Assembly: GCA_949296115.1 (NCBI GenBank)
Contig: CASFNR010000004.1
Span: 3,097-67,096 of the forward strand
DNA length: 64,000 bases
Reading direction: 5' to 3'
Origin: an uncultured Eubacteriales bacterium
GTDB taxonomy: Bacteria > Bacillota > Clostridia > Oscillospirales > Oscillospiraceae
The notes under the pieces are model-generated. The model was given only the letters and a program-made list of their open reading frames with translations, did no database searches and was not told the origin of the DNA. A program made the position numbers and the translations under genes. Positions 39,839-50,159 of the stretch are shown here, in pieces; positions within the stretch are counted from its first letter, which is position 1, and each line of letters starts with the position of its first letter.

Positions 39839-40762
39839 TCAAGCCAGAATCTGCTTCATAAAATCCTGCACCACCGACCGGTACCGGGGCGTATCCGCCA
39901 GATAGCTGAAGCCATGGTCCGCCCCCGGAAATGTGACACGGGTCACCAGCTTCGGATTGGACCGGCTGATTTTTTCACTCATTTCGCAGGGGACAAATCC
40001 ATCCGACTCCCCATGAATCAGCAAAATGGGAATCCGTGCCCGCTGAACCGCCTGCTCCGGGCTGGACGCCTTCAAGTCAAATCCGCCGTAGATTCGTGCC
40101 CCCAGCAGAACCAAGGGTTTAATCAGCCACAGCGGGTACCCCCGTTTCCGGGCAACTTCCAGAATAATGTCCAGCGCAGAACCATAGGGACAATCCGCCA
40201 CAATACCCTTTACGTTTTCCGGCAGGTCCAGCTCCGACGCCATCAGCACCGTGGCTGCCCCCATGGAAACGCCGTACAGGATAATTGGAACATCCGCCCC
40301 AAACCGTTCCTGGGCGTATCGAACCCAGCACAGAACATCCTCCCGCTCCCGGATGCCAAAGGTAATGGAACAGCCTCCGCTTTCCCCGTGGCAGCGCTGG
40401 TCCACCAGCAAAAGATTATGGCCCATCTCTAAGCTGAGACCGGCACCGCCGCAGAAATCCAGGAGAGCAGAACTCCGGTATCCATGAAACCCGATGTCCA
40501 GCGGGGCGCCATCCGCCGTATGATAGTATCGTCCGTGCAGCCGCAATCCATCCAGAGAGTCAATCCAAACCGATTCATAGGTTTTCTGTTCCAGCTGCTC
40601 ATAAGCATCGGTGATGGTTTCCCGATAGGGGGCATATACCGGCCTGTCAAAGGACGGCTCATAATGCCGCTGTCCTTTCGGGGAAAAAAACGCCACCCGA
40701 TAGGCATAAAACGCCCCTCCCAGCACCGCCAGCACCAGGCATAGGATCAAAAATACAATCAT
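39839..40762 (-). CDS. membrane-anchored alpha/beta hydrolase
   Basis: HGY, GVSMG nucleophile elbow, HG..D, DHG. Confidence 0.88.
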   Translation of the reverse strand: MIVFLILCLVLAVLGGAFYAYRVAFFSPKGQRHYEPSFDRPVYAPYRETITDAYEQLEQKTYESVWIDSLDGLRLHGRYYHTADGAPLDIGFHGYRSSALLDFCGGAGLSLEMGHNLLLVDQRCHGESGGCSITFGIREREDVLCWVRYAQERFGADVPIILYGVSMGAATVLMASELDLPENVKGIVADCPYGSALDIILEVARKRGYPLWLIKPLVLLGARIYGGFDLKASSPEQAVQRARIPILLIHGESDGFVPCEMSEKISRSNPKLVTRVTFPGADHGFSYLADTPRYRSVVQDFMKQILA

Positions 40763-41469
40763 GCCGCACCGCTCCGAATCCATCTCAGCAATTCCGGAAA
40801 GCTGCCCTGGGGATAGACGGACAGATCCTCCTCTCCCCGATGAATCAGGCAGTCCGTCAGCAGAAAGACCTGCATTCCCAGTGCTTCCGCCGCCAGATCC
40901 TCTTGGGCATCATTGCCCACCATCAGGCATTCTCCGGCTTCCAGACTCAGTTTATCCAGAATTTCCCGATAATAATCCGGATTCGGCTTGCAGAAGGCAG
41001 AATTCTCATAAGTGGTAATCCATTCAAAGTCCTCCGGCTCCAGTCCGGCCCAGCGCACCCGGCTTTGGGTGGCAATGGCGGGAAACAAGGGATTCGTCGC
41101 CAGAACTAACTTTAACCCCATTGCCTTCAGTTCCCGGACAGTCTGCGCCGCCATGGGATTATAGCCGCAGACATCCTTCAGCCTCTGAAATTCTCTCTCA
41201 TAGAATTGCTGGAACCGGGGTTCTTCCTGTATGCGTTCACGCTGAAGCTTCTCGGTGAAGCACTTCCAGAAGACCGTCTCGTTGGAGGTTATCCCAGCGT
41301 TCTCTGTCATGGCCCTGGTACCTTCCCAGACTGTCCGGATCAGCGCCGCTGGATCATAGCCGTAAGGCGCCATGGTCTGCGCCAGGTCGTTCAGATACTG
41401 CCGGACAAATATCTCCTGGTCCATGGGCAGCAGCGTGCCGTCCAGATCAAACAGAACGGTACGAATCAT
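40759..41469 (-). CDS. HAD family hydrolase
   Basis: DLDGTL, ATN, KP, GND..ED. Confidence 0.9.
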   Translation of the reverse strand: MIRTVLFDLDGTLLPMDQEIFVRQYLNDLAQTMAPYGYDPAALIRTVWEGTRAMTENAGITSNETVFWKCFTEKLQRERIQEEPRFQQFYEREFQRLKDVCGYNPMAAQTVRELKAMGLKLVLATNPLFPAIATQSRVRWAGLEPEDFEWITTYENSAFCKPNPDYYREILDKLSLEAGECLMVGNDAQEDLAAEALGMQVFLLTDCLIHRGEEDLSVYPQGSFPELLRWIRSGAA

Positions 41470-42431
41470 GGTTCGTCCTTTCCGGTGCAGTCCGCTTCCC
41501 GGGGGGTGGATTCCTGTCCCACCGCCATGATGTCGTAAGGCGTGGTCTGGTAGACGAAATAATTCAGCCAGTTGCTGAAGAGCAGATGGGCATGGCTCCG
41601 CCAGCGCACAATGGGAGCCTGAGTGTCATCGTCGTTGGGATAATAGTGTTCCGGCACCGCAATGGGCAGGCCCTGGTTCTTATCCCGGAGGTATTCCTTC
41701 TCCAGGGTGTCTGCATCATATTCCGCATGACCGGTGACGAAAATCTGACGGCCTTCTTTGTTCATCAGGCAGTACAGCCCCGCCTGTCGGGAGGATGCCA
41801 AAATTTTCAACCCGGGGACTTTCTCTATGTCCTCCCGTTCAATGGTGGTGTGCCGGGAATGGGGAATCCAGAATTCGTCATCAAATCCACGGAGCAGAAT
41901 CGCCCGCTTGTAGTCCGCATGATGAGGATAGACACCGAACAGCTTTTGGGGCAGCCGTTTCTTTTGAATGCCATAGTGGTAGTACAGTCCCGCCTGGGCT
42001 CCCCAGCAGATGTGGAAGGTGGAGTGGACATGGCTCTTGCTCCACTCCATAATCCGGCAAAGTTCCGGCCAGTAATCCACTTCCTCAAAAGGCATCTGCT
42101 CCACCGGGGCACCGGTAATCACCATGCCGTCAAATTTGCGATCCTTCAGTTCATCAAAGGTTTTATAAAAGGTCAGCAGATGCTCCTGGGGGGTATTCTT
42201 GGAGCGGTGAGAGGAAATCATCATCAATTCCAGATGAACCTGCAGGGGTGTGTTGCCCAGGAGCCGGCTCAGCTGGGTTTCCGTGACGATCTTGGTGGGC
42301 ATCAGGTTCAGCAGCACAATTTCCAATGGGCGGATCTGCTGGGTTTCCGCCCGGGTCTGCTTCATAACGAAGATATTCTCCTGCTGCAGAATGCCGGCAG
42401 CAGGCAGATCATTGGGAATCTGAATGGGCAC
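41466..42431 (-). CDS. metA: homoserine O-acyltransferase MetA(A), probably acetylating
   Basis: LNLMP, TGAPVE, ICWGAQA, PHSR, GHAEY. Confidence 0.95.
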   Translation of the reverse strand: MPIQIPNDLPAAGILQQENIFVMKQTRAETQQIRPLEIVLLNLMPTKIVTETQLSRLLGNTPLQVHLELMMISSHRSKNTPQEHLLTFYKTFDELKDRKFDGMVITGAPVEQMPFEEVDYWPELCRIMEWSKSHVHSTFHICWGAQAGLYYHYGIQKKRLPQKLFGVYPHHADYKRAILLRGFDDEFWIPHSRHTTIEREDIEKVPGLKILASSRQAGLYCLMNKEGRQIFVTGHAEYDADTLEKEYLRDKNQGLPIAVPEHYYPNDDDTQAPIVRWRSHAHLLFSNWLNYFVYQTTPYDIMAVGQESTPREADCTGKDEP

Positions 42432-42446
42432 TGTGTTCCCTCCCGA

Positions 42447-43730
42447 TTATACGGATTCCAGCGCCTGGGCAATATCCGCAATCAGGTCCTGGGCATTCTC
42501 CAGGCCGCAGCTGAGCCGGATCAGATCCGCTCCCACGCCGGCAGCCTCCAGTTCCGCATCGGTCATCTGCCGGTGGGTGCTGGACGCCGGGTGCAGGCAG
42601 CAGGTACGGGAGTCCGCCACATGGGTCTCGATGGAACCCAGCTTCAGATGCTTCATGAAGTTCTCCGCCGCCTTCCGTCCACCCTGCAGACCGAAGGAAA
42701 TCACGCCGCAGGAGCCGTTGGGCATATACTTCTTGGCCAGTTCGTAATATTTGTCCCCTTCCAGGCCGCAATACTTGACCCATTTGACCTTGGGGTGGGC
42801 TTTCAGGTATTCCGCAATGGCCTGCGCGTTGGCGCAGTGCTGCTTCATCCGGAAGGGCAGGCTCTCCAGCCCCAGGTTCAGGATGAAGGCGCTCTGGGGA
42901 GACTGGATGCAGCCAAAGTCCCGCATCAGCTGGGCAGTACATTTGGTAATGAAGGCGCCGCCAAGACCGAACCGCTCGGTATAGGTAACGCCGTGGTAGC
43001 TTTCGTCCGGGGTGCACAGGCCGGGGAACTTGTCCGCATGGGCCGTCCAGTCAAACTTGCCGCTGTCCACGATAGCGCCGCCCACAGCGGAGGCGTGACC
43101 GTCCATATATTTGGTGGTAGAGTGGGTCACAATGTCCGCACCCCACTGGAAGGGGTGGCAGTTCACCGGGGTAGCGAAAGTATTGTCCACAATCAGCGGA
43201 ACACCGTGGCTGTGGGCCGCTCGGGCAAACTTTTCAATATCCAGCACCGTCAGGGCGGGATTGGAAATGGTCTCCCCGAACACCGCCTTGGTATTGGGCC
43301 GGAAAGCAGCGTTCAGCTCCTCCTCCGTGCAGTCCGGGTCCACAAAGGTGGTTTCCAGTCCCATTTTCTTCATGGTCACGGAGAACAGGTTGAAGCTTCC
43401 GCCGTAAATGGCAGAGCTGGCCACGATGTGGTCCCCGCAGCCGGCAATGTTGAACACCGCCAGGAAATTGGCCGCCTGGCCGGAACTGGTGAGCATGGCT
43501 GCGCTGCCCCCCTCCAGGGCGCAGATCTTGGCCGCCACCGCATCACAGGTGGGGTTGGCAAGGCGGGAGTAGAAATAGCCCTCCGCCTCCAGGTCAAACA
43601 GCTTGCCCATGTCCTCCGACGTGGCATATTTGAAGGTAGTGCTCTGCACGATGGGAATCTGGCGGGGTTCCCCGTTGCCGGGGGTATAGCCCGCCTGAAT
43701 GCACAAAGTTTCCGTACGCAGTTGATCCAT
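42447..43730 (-). CDS. metY: O-acetylhomoserine aminocarboxypropyltransferase
   Basis: YSRLANPT, DNTFATP, HSTTKYM, HPASSTHRQ, RLSCGLE. Confidence 0.93.
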   Translation of the reverse strand: MDQLRTETLCIQAGYTPGNGEPRQIPIVQSTTFKYATSEDMGKLFDLEAEGYFYSRLANPTCDAVAAKICALEGGSAAMLTSSGQAANFLAVFNIAGCGDHIVASSAIYGGSFNLFSVTMKKMGLETTFVDPDCTEEELNAAFRPNTKAVFGETISNPALTVLDIEKFARAAHSHGVPLIVDNTFATPVNCHPFQWGADIVTHSTTKYMDGHASAVGGAIVDSGKFDWTAHADKFPGLCTPDESYHGVTYTERFGLGGAFITKCTAQLMRDFGCIQSPQSAFILNLGLESLPFRMKQHCANAQAIAEYLKAHPKVKWVKYCGLEGDKYYELAKKYMPNGSCGVISFGLQGGRKAAENFMKHLKLGSIETHVADSRTCCLHPASSTHRQMTDAELEAAGVGADLIRLSCGLENAQDLIADIAQALESV

Positions 43731-43875
43731 AGAAATCACCTCATCATAATGTTGAACGATTGGATACATTGTAATCCCTGGCGGAAAATTTGTCAATGAA
43801 AATGGAATTTGTGTCTGGGACTGCCCTCCCAATCCGTTATCACACAAATTCCCCCAAATTCTCCCTCCGCTTCCA

Positions 43876-43904
43876 TTGACAAAGGTTTTCAGATATGCTA
43901 TATT
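43876..43904 (+). promoter_or_regulatory. sigmaA promoter of polyamine operon
   Basis: TTGACA-N17-(TG)TATATT. Confidence 0.8.
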
Positions 43905-43916
43905 ACAAGACAATCC

Positions 43917-44142
43917 GCATAGAGTTTATCTGGCGAAGAATACTGGGACCACTCCTTCGGGAGTTGAGGCCATACGGACAGCCGGGTCCACTGCCGATTT
44001 GCGGCATCAGCCGCATTATTGATTGAGTTAAGAGCTCGAATTTTATAAGTTGGTTACTTTATAACCGAAATGCGTGTACACGCAGACTTGTGAAACGGTC
44101 AATAAGAGTAGTAAAAGTATTTTTGCTATATAGACTCTGTGC
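43917..44142 (+). ncRNA. large structured leader RNA, ldcC-motif-like (orphan cis-regulator candidate)
   Basis: 13-bp closing stem 43917-43929/44130-44142 with multiple nested hairpins; upstream of an Arg/Lys decarboxylase operon. Confidence 0.7.
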
Positions 44143-44241
44143 CAAATGTCCCCCAGCGCTCAGTTCCGGAATCTGCCCCAATACTCTGGATTGATTTCTG
44201 GAATGACGTGTTTTCTGCGGGGTCGGCGTAACCTGATTTTT

Positions 44242-44280
44242 GACGCAAGCTGTGTTTTTCACGGCTTGCGTTTTTTATTT
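44242..44280 (+). terminator. attenuator terminator before speA
   Basis: GACGCAAGCTGTG-ttttt-CACGGCTTGCGTTTTTT immediately before the RBS. Confidence 0.85.
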
Positions 44281-44296
44281 CGTGAGGTGGCAGCAG

Positions 44297-45766
44297 ATGA
44301 AACAGAAAAGCCAGTTGAATCAGAACCAGGCGCCGATTTTTGAGGCGCTGCAAACCTTCCGTCAGATGCGGGTGGTTCCCTTTGATGTGCCGGGACATAA
44401 ACACGGCCGGGGTAACCCCGAGCTGACCGCCTTTCTCGGGGAAAAATGCGTGGGCATCGATGTCAACAGCATGAAGCCCCTGGACAACCTCTGCCACCCC
44501 ATTTCCGTCATCCGCCAGGCCGAGGAACTGGCCGCCGATGCCTTCGGCGCCGCCCATGCCTTCCTCATGGTGGGAGGCACCACCAGTTCTGTCCAGAGCA
44601 TGGTGCTGTCCACCTGCAAGCGGGGAGACAAGATCATTCTGCCCCGGAACGTCCACCGCAGCGTCATCAACGCCCTGGTGCTCTGCGGCGCTATCCCTGT
44701 CTACGTCAACCCGGAGGTGGACACCCGGCTGGGTATTTCCCTGGGAATGAAGCGGGAGCAGGTGGCGAAGGCCATTCGGGAAAATCCGGAGGCCGTGGCG
44801 GTACTGGTCAACAACCCCACCTACTACGGCATCTGCAGCGACCTGAAGGCCATCGTGAAAATGGCCCACGACGCCGGGATGTACTGCCTGGCTGACGAAG
44901 CCCACGGCACCCATTTCTATTTCGGTCAGGATATGCCGGTCTCCGCCATGGCTGCCGGAGCGGATATGGCCGCTGTATCCATGCACAAAAGCGGCGGCAG
45001 CCTGACCCAGTCCAGCCTTCTGCTCATCGGCCCCGGCATTCAGGAGGGCCATGTCCGGAAAATCATCAACCTAACCCAGACCACCTCCGGAAGCTACCTG
45101 CTGATGTCCAGCCTGGATATCAGCCGCCGGAATCTGGCCCTGCGGGGCAAGGAAGTTTTCCAGCAGGTGGTGGCCATGGCGGACTATGCCCGGGAGGAAA
45201 TCAATGCCATCGGCGGCTACTATGCCTTCGGCCGGGAGCTGATCAACGGAGATTCCATCTTTGACTTTGACCCCACCAAACTCAGCGTCCACACCCGGGA
45301 CATCGGGCTGGCGGGCATTGAAGTATACGACCTGCTCCGGGACGAATACGACATTCAGATCGAGTTCGGTGACATCGGCAACATCCTGGCCTACCTGTCC
45401 ATCGGCGACCGGTATCAGGAACTGGAACGGCTGGTCAGCGCCCTGGCAGAAATCCGCCGCCGTTACCAGACCGACAGCAGCGGCCTGATGAATCAGGAGT
45501 ACATCGATCCGGAGGTTGTCACCAGCCCTCAGGAGGCGTTCTACGCCGACAAGATCAGCGTCCCCATCCGGGACAGCGTGGGGCGGGTTTGCAGCGAGTT
45601 CGTTATGTGCTATCCCCCCGGAATTCCCATTCTGGCCCCCGGCGAGCGGATCACCCAGGACATTCTGGACTACATCCTCTACGCCAAGGCCAAGGGCTGC
45701 TCCATGACCGGCCCGGAGGACCCGGAGATTGAAAATATCAACATTTTGGCACAGGAGGTGGGCTGA
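44297..45766 (+). CDS. speA: arginine (Orn/Lys/Arg family) decarboxylase, Bacillota type
   Basis: FDVPGHK, PRNVHRS, DEAHG, SMHKSGG, YPPGIP; operon context. Confidence 0.9.
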   Translation: MKQKSQLNQNQAPIFEALQTFRQMRVVPFDVPGHKHGRGNPELTAFLGEKCVGIDVNSMKPLDNLCHPISVIRQAEELAADAFGAAHAFLMVGGTTSSVQSMVLSTCKRGDKIILPRNVHRSVINALVLCGAIPVYVNPEVDTRLGISLGMKREQVAKAIRENPEAVAVLVNNPTYYGICSDLKAIVKMAHDAGMYCLADEAHGTHFYFGQDMPVSAMAAGADMAAVSMHKSGGSLTQSSLLLIGPGIQEGHVRKIINLTQTTSGSYLLMSSLDISRRNLALRGKEVFQQVVAMADYAREEINAIGGYYAFGRELINGDSIFDFDPTKLSVHTRDIGLAGIEVYDLLRDEYDIQIEFGDIGNILAYLSIGDRYQELERLVSALAEIRRRYQTDSSGLMNQEYIDPEVVTSPQEAFYADKISVPIRDSVGRVCSEFVMCYPPGIPILAPGERITQDILDYILYAKAKGCSMTGPEDPEIENINILAQEVG

Positions 45767-46617
45767 TGGAGCTGTGGTTCAGCGAGTTCCATACCCCGGA
45801 TGTGAAGCACAGCATCCGGGTGCAGCGGCATCTGTACTCCCAGAAAACCGCCTACCAGCAAATTGACATCTACGATACTCCGGAATTCGGACGGGTTCTC
45901 ACCCTGGACGGCAACGTAATGCTCACCGAACGGGATGAATTCATCTATGACGAAATGATGACCCATGTTCCCATGGCGGTACACCCCAACATCCAGGATG
46001 TGCTGGTCATCGGCGCAGGAGACGGAGGCGTGGTCCGGGAGCTGGCCCGGTACGACACCATCCGCTCCATCGATCTGGTGGAAATGGATGCCCAGGTAGT
46101 TGAAGCCTGCCGCCGTTATCTGCCGGAGAACGCTTGTCGGCTGGATGATGAGCGGGTCCATATCTATTTCGACAATGCTCTTCGGTTTATCCGCCGGAAA
46201 AAGGCCCAGTATGATCTGATTATTGTGGATTCCAACGATCCCTTCGGCCCTTCGGAAGGGTATTTTACCCGGGAATTCTACGGAATCTGCTACAACGCCC
46301 TCCGGGATGACGGCATTCTGGTGAATCAGCAGGGCAGCCCCTTCTACCGCCATGATGCGGAGGCCATGCAGCGCAGCCATCAACGGATTGTGCGTACCTT
46401 CCCCATCAGCCGGGTATACCAGGCCCACATTCCCACCTATGCCGCTGGCTACTGGCTCTTTGGCTTTGCCAGCAAAAAATACCATCCCATCGATGACCTG
46501 AACAAGGAGAAGTGGCTTTCCCTGCATCTGGACACCAAGTATTACACCGTCCGGCTCCACATGGGTGCCTTTTTCCTGCCCGCCTTTCTGGAGAGGATGC
46601 TGGAGGAGGTGGAATGA
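45766..46617 (+). CDS. speE: spermidine synthase-like aminopropyltransferase
   Basis: YQQI, DEFIY.EM, VIGAGDGG, IVDSNDP. Confidence 0.88.
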   Translation: MELWFSEFHTPDVKHSIRVQRHLYSQKTAYQQIDIYDTPEFGRVLTLDGNVMLTERDEFIYDEMMTHVPMAVHPNIQDVLVIGAGDGGVVRELARYDTIRSIDLVEMDAQVVEACRRYLPENACRLDDERVHIYFDNALRFIRRKKAQYDLIIVDSNDPFGPSEGYFTREFYGICYNALRDDGILVNQQGSPFYRHDAEAMQRSHQRIVRTFPISRVYQAHIPTYAAGYWLFGFASKKYHPIDDLNKEKWLSLHLDTKYYTVRLHMGAFFLPAFLERMLEEVE

Positions 46618-47471
46618 TGAAGCCGAATATTGAAACCTTCATCGGCTGCGACTGTGAATATGAAGCGGCGGAAATTGTCCTGTACGGCGCTCCCTTCGAC
46701 TCCACCACCAGCTTCCGACCCGGCGCCCGGTTCGGCTCCGCTGCCATGCGCCATGAAAGTTTCGGACTGGAAACCTACAGTCCTTATCAGGACAAAGACC
46801 TGACGGACTGCCGGATTTTTGACAGCGGCGATCTGGAACTCTGCTTCGGCAGCGCGGAAGCGGCGCTGGCGGACATCCAGGCCCGGGCAGAGGAAATTCT
46901 TCGGGATGGGAAACTGCCTGTTCTGCTGGGCGGCGAGCATCTGGTCACCCTGGGCGCCGTCCGGGCCGCTGTAGAGAAATATCCCGACCTACACATCATC
47001 CACTTTGACGCCCACGCCGATCTGCGCCAGGACTACCTGGGTGCAGAACTCAGCCATGCCTGCGTCATCCGCCGGTGCCACGATCTGCTGGGAGACGGGA
47101 GAATCCACCAGTTCTGCATCCGCAGCGGCGACCGGGAGGAATTCCGGTTTGCCAAGGAACACACCGAGCTGCACCCCTTCTCTTTTGAGGGTCTTGAGGC
47201 GTTGACCGGCCGCCTGGCTGCGTCTCAGGTTCCGGTTTATTTCACCATCGACCTGGACTGCCTGGACCCCGCCGTTTTTCCCGGAACCGGAACCCCGGAA
47301 GCAGGCGGCGTAACCTTCCCCCAGCTGCTGGACGCCATTCGCCTGGTCAGTCAAACCAATGTGGTCGCCGCTGATGTGAACGAACTGGCCCCTATGCTGG
47401 ACCCCAGCGGCGTGTCCACCGCCACGGCTTGCAAAGTGCTGCGGGAACTGCTTCTGGCCCTCCATTCGTAA
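46614..47471 (+). CDS. speB: agmatinase
   Basis: GGEH, FDAHADL, DLDCLDP, GTGTP. Confidence 0.93.
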   Translation: MMKPNIETFIGCDCEYEAAEIVLYGAPFDSTTSFRPGARFGSAAMRHESFGLETYSPYQDKDLTDCRIFDSGDLELCFGSAEAALADIQARAEEILRDGKLPVLLGGEHLVTLGAVRAAVEKYPDLHIIHFDAHADLRQDYLGAELSHACVIRRCHDLLGDGRIHQFCIRSGDREEFRFAKEHTELHPFSFEGLEALTGRLAASQVPVYFTIDLDCLDPAVFPGTGTPEAGGVTFPQLLDAIRLVSQTNVVAADVNELAPMLDPSGVSTATACKVLRELLLALHS

Positions 47472-47506
47472 CCCCATTTCATGTACATAAAAAGGAGAAT
47501 CACCCT

Positions 47507-48766
47507 ATGAGCAAAGTATTGGTTATCGGCTGCGGCGGTGTCGCCTCCGTGGCAATCCGCAAGTGCTGCCAGGTCAGCGAGGTATTCACGGAGCTGTGCA
47601 TTGCCAGCCGGACAAAGGAGAAGTGTGACGCCCTGGCCGGAGAACTGGCAGGCAAAACCGCCACGAAAATTACCACCGCACAGGTGGACGCCGACGATGT
47701 CAATCAGGTCATCACCCTGATCCGCAGCTATCAGCCCGATCTGGTGATGAACATTGCCCTGCCCTATCAGGACCTGACCATTATGGACGCCTGCCTGGCC
47801 TGCGGCGTCAACTACATGGACACCGCCAACTACGAGCCCGAGGACACCGAGGATCCCGCCTGGCGGGAGATCTACGAAAAGCGCTGCCAGGAGAAGGGGT
47901 TCTCCGCCTATTTTGACTACAGCTGGCAGTGGGCTTACCGGGAGAAGTTTGAAAAAGCCGGGCTCATCGCCCTGTTGGGCTGCGGCTTTGACCCCGGCGT
48001 GACGCAGGCATATTGCGCCTACGCCAAGAAGCACGAGTTCGACACCATTGACACCATCGACATTCTGGACTGCAACGGCGGCGACCATGGCTATCCCTTT
48101 GCCACCAACTTCAACCCCGAGGTTAACCTCCGGGAAGTCTCCGCCCCAGGCAGCTACTGGGAGGATGGGCACTGGGTGGAAATCCCTGCCATGAGCATCA
48201 AGCGGGAATACGACTTTGACCAGGTGGGACAGAAGGATATGTATCTGCTCCACCATGAGGAAATCGAATCTCTCGCAGAAAACATCCCCGAGGTCAAGCG
48301 GATTCGGTTCTTCATGACCTTCGGCCAGAGCTACCTGACTCACATGAAGTGCCTGGAAAATGTGGGCATGCTCTCCACAACTCCCGTGGAATTTGAAGGT
48401 CACGAGATTGTGCCCATCAAGTTCCTGAAGGCCCTGCTCCCCGACCCCGCCAGCCTGGGTCCCCGAACCCACGGCAAGACCAACATCGGCTGCATTTTCA
48501 CCGGCAAGAAGGACGGCAAGGACAAGACCTACTACATCTACAATATCTGCGACCATCAGGAATGCTACCGGGAGGTGGCCAGCCAGGCCATCAGCTACAC
48601 CACCGGCGTTCCCGCCATGTGCGGCGCCCTGATGCTGCTCACCGGGAAGTGGATCCAGACCGGTGTCCACACAGTGGAGGAGTTTGATCCCGATCCCTTC
48701 CTGGATGCCCTGGACAAGTATGGTCTGCCCCGGAGCGAGTCTCACAGCCCGGTACTGGTGGACTGA
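47507..48766 (+). CDS. carboxyspermidine dehydrogenase (saccharopine dehydrogenase family, CASDH)
   Basis: IGCGGV, ALPYQDL, DTANYEP, GFDPG, ATNFNPE; adjacent to nspC. Confidence 0.9.
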   Translation: MSKVLVIGCGGVASVAIRKCCQVSEVFTELCIASRTKEKCDALAGELAGKTATKITTAQVDADDVNQVITLIRSYQPDLVMNIALPYQDLTIMDACLACGVNYMDTANYEPEDTEDPAWREIYEKRCQEKGFSAYFDYSWQWAYREKFEKAGLIALLGCGFDPGVTQAYCAYAKKHEFDTIDTIDILDCNGGDHGYPFATNFNPEVNLREVSAPGSYWEDGHWVEIPAMSIKREYDFDQVGQKDMYLLHHEEIESLAENIPEVKRIRFFMTFGQSYLTHMKCLENVGMLSTTPVEFEGHEIVPIKFLKALLPDPASLGPRTHGKTNIGCIFTGKKDGKDKTYYIYNICDHQECYREVASQAISYTTGVPAMCGALMLLTGKWIQTGVHTVEEFDPDPFLDALDKYGLPRSESHSPVLVD

Positions 48767-49977
48767 TGGCACGCTGGACGCTTTCGTCTCCCCAGTTCTC
48801 CGGACTGGCTGATTCCGAGCCTGATGCTTTGTTCTCCAAGCTTCCTACCCCCTGCTATGTCATAGACAAAGCACGGCTGAAAGCCAATGGGGAATGTCTG
48901 GCCGGTTTGACCCAACGGACCGGCTGCCGGATTCTCCTGGCTCAGAAGGCCTTCTCCAACTACGACTTCTATCCTCTGCTGGCTCCATATCTCACCGGAA
49001 CCGAGGCCAGCGGGCTGTATGAGGCCCGTCTGGGCGCTGAGGAGATGCCCGGAAAAGAGGTACATGTTTTCTGCGGCGCCTATCGGGAAGGTGAATTCCA
49101 GCAGCTGCTTCAGTATGCGGACCATATTGTCTTTAACTCCATTCACCAGTTGGCCCAATTCGGCCCCCAGGCCAAGGCCGCCGGAAAAAGTCTCGGCCTT
49201 CGGATCAATCCGGAGTGTTCCACCCAGGAGGGCCATGCCATTTATGACCCCTGCGCCCCGGGCAGCCGGATGGGGGTAACCCGGGAGGTTTGGAACCGGG
49301 AGATGGACGTGCATCTGCTGGCACTGCTGGATGGGCTTCACTTCCATACCCTGTGCGAACAGAATTCCGACGATCTGGAGGCAACGCTGCAGGCAGTCGC
49401 AGACAAATTTGGGGATATTCTGCCCCGGATGCAGTGGCTGAACATGGGCGGCGGGCACCACATTACCCGGCCGGACTATGATCTGCAGACGCTGGAACGG
49501 TGCATCCGCTTTGCCCAGGAAACTTGGGGCGTTACGGTGTATCTGGAACCGGGAGAGGCCGTGGCCCTGAATGCGGGTTACCTGGTCAGCCGGGTGCTGG
49601 ATGTGGTGGAAAATGCCGGGGTGCGCATTGCCATTCTGGATGCCAGCGCCGCCTGCCATATGCCGGATGTGCTGGAAATGCCCTACCAACCTCCTATTCT
49701 TCATGCAGGCACCGACTTGTCCCGTGGGGAGGTTTATCGCCTGGCAGGGCCTACCTGTCTGGCCGGAGATGTGATCGGAGACTACGCCTTTTCATTTCCC
49801 CTGAAAGCGGGAGATCTGGTAATCTTCGGGGATATGGCCATCTATACCACCTGCAAGAACAACACCTTCAACGGAATGCCTCTGCCGGACATCTGGCGGC
49901 TGTCCCCCGACGGTTCTCTCTCCCCTCTGGTGCAATTCGGCTACGCCGACTTCAAGCAGCGTCTGGGCAGCCGCTGA
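48766..49977 (+). CDS. nspC: carboxy(nor)spermidine decarboxylase (CASDC)
   Basis: LAQKAFS, YDPCAPGSRMG, HFHTLCEQ, GGGHHIT, EPGEA, TCLAGD. Confidence 0.93.
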   Translation: MARWTLSSPQFSGLADSEPDALFSKLPTPCYVIDKARLKANGECLAGLTQRTGCRILLAQKAFSNYDFYPLLAPYLTGTEASGLYEARLGAEEMPGKEVHVFCGAYREGEFQQLLQYADHIVFNSIHQLAQFGPQAKAAGKSLGLRINPECSTQEGHAIYDPCAPGSRMGVTREVWNREMDVHLLALLDGLHFHTLCEQNSDDLEATLQAVADKFGDILPRMQWLNMGGGHHITRPDYDLQTLERCIRFAQETWGVTVYLEPGEAVALNAGYLVSRVLDVVENAGVRIAILDASAACHMPDVLEMPYQPPILHAGTDLSRGEVYRLAGPTCLAGDVIGDYAFSFPLKAGDLVIFGDMAIYTTCKNNTFNGMPLPDIWRLSPDGSLSPLVQFGYADFKQRLGSR

Positions 49978-50005
49978 AACCTCTTTTCCCTTTCTTTTCA
50001 AATGA

Positions 50006-50052
50006 TGCCCCGGCAGATGACAGGCGAATTCCTTCATCTGCCGGGGCTTTTT
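50006..50052 (+). terminator. polyamine operon terminator
   Basis: GCCCCGGCAGATGA...TCATCTGCCGGGGCTTTTT. Confidence 0.8.
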
Positions 50053-50083
50053 GCCTCAACTTTTTTGCAGATATTTTTCATTG

Positions 50084-50126
50084 TGTTGTTAGAACAACAG
50101 ACGAACCTGCATGCTTCTGGTATACT
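50084..50126 (+). promoter_or_regulatory. CRP/FNR(HcpR)-type palindrome at about -41.5 plus extended -10
   Basis: TGTTGT-taga-ACAACA (50084-50099); TGGTATACT (50118-50126). Confidence 0.6.
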
Positions 50127-50159
50127 GACCTCAGAAACCAAACAGAAAGGACGATTTCC

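Noticed and set aside
41586-43799. 737-aa plus-strand ORF
   Set aside because: Antisense to metA/metY
43964-44193. Leader peptide in the polyamine leader (LRPYGQPGPLPIC...)
   Set aside because: No credible RBS/start, and an internal TGA; extensive G-U-containing pairing favours RNA structure
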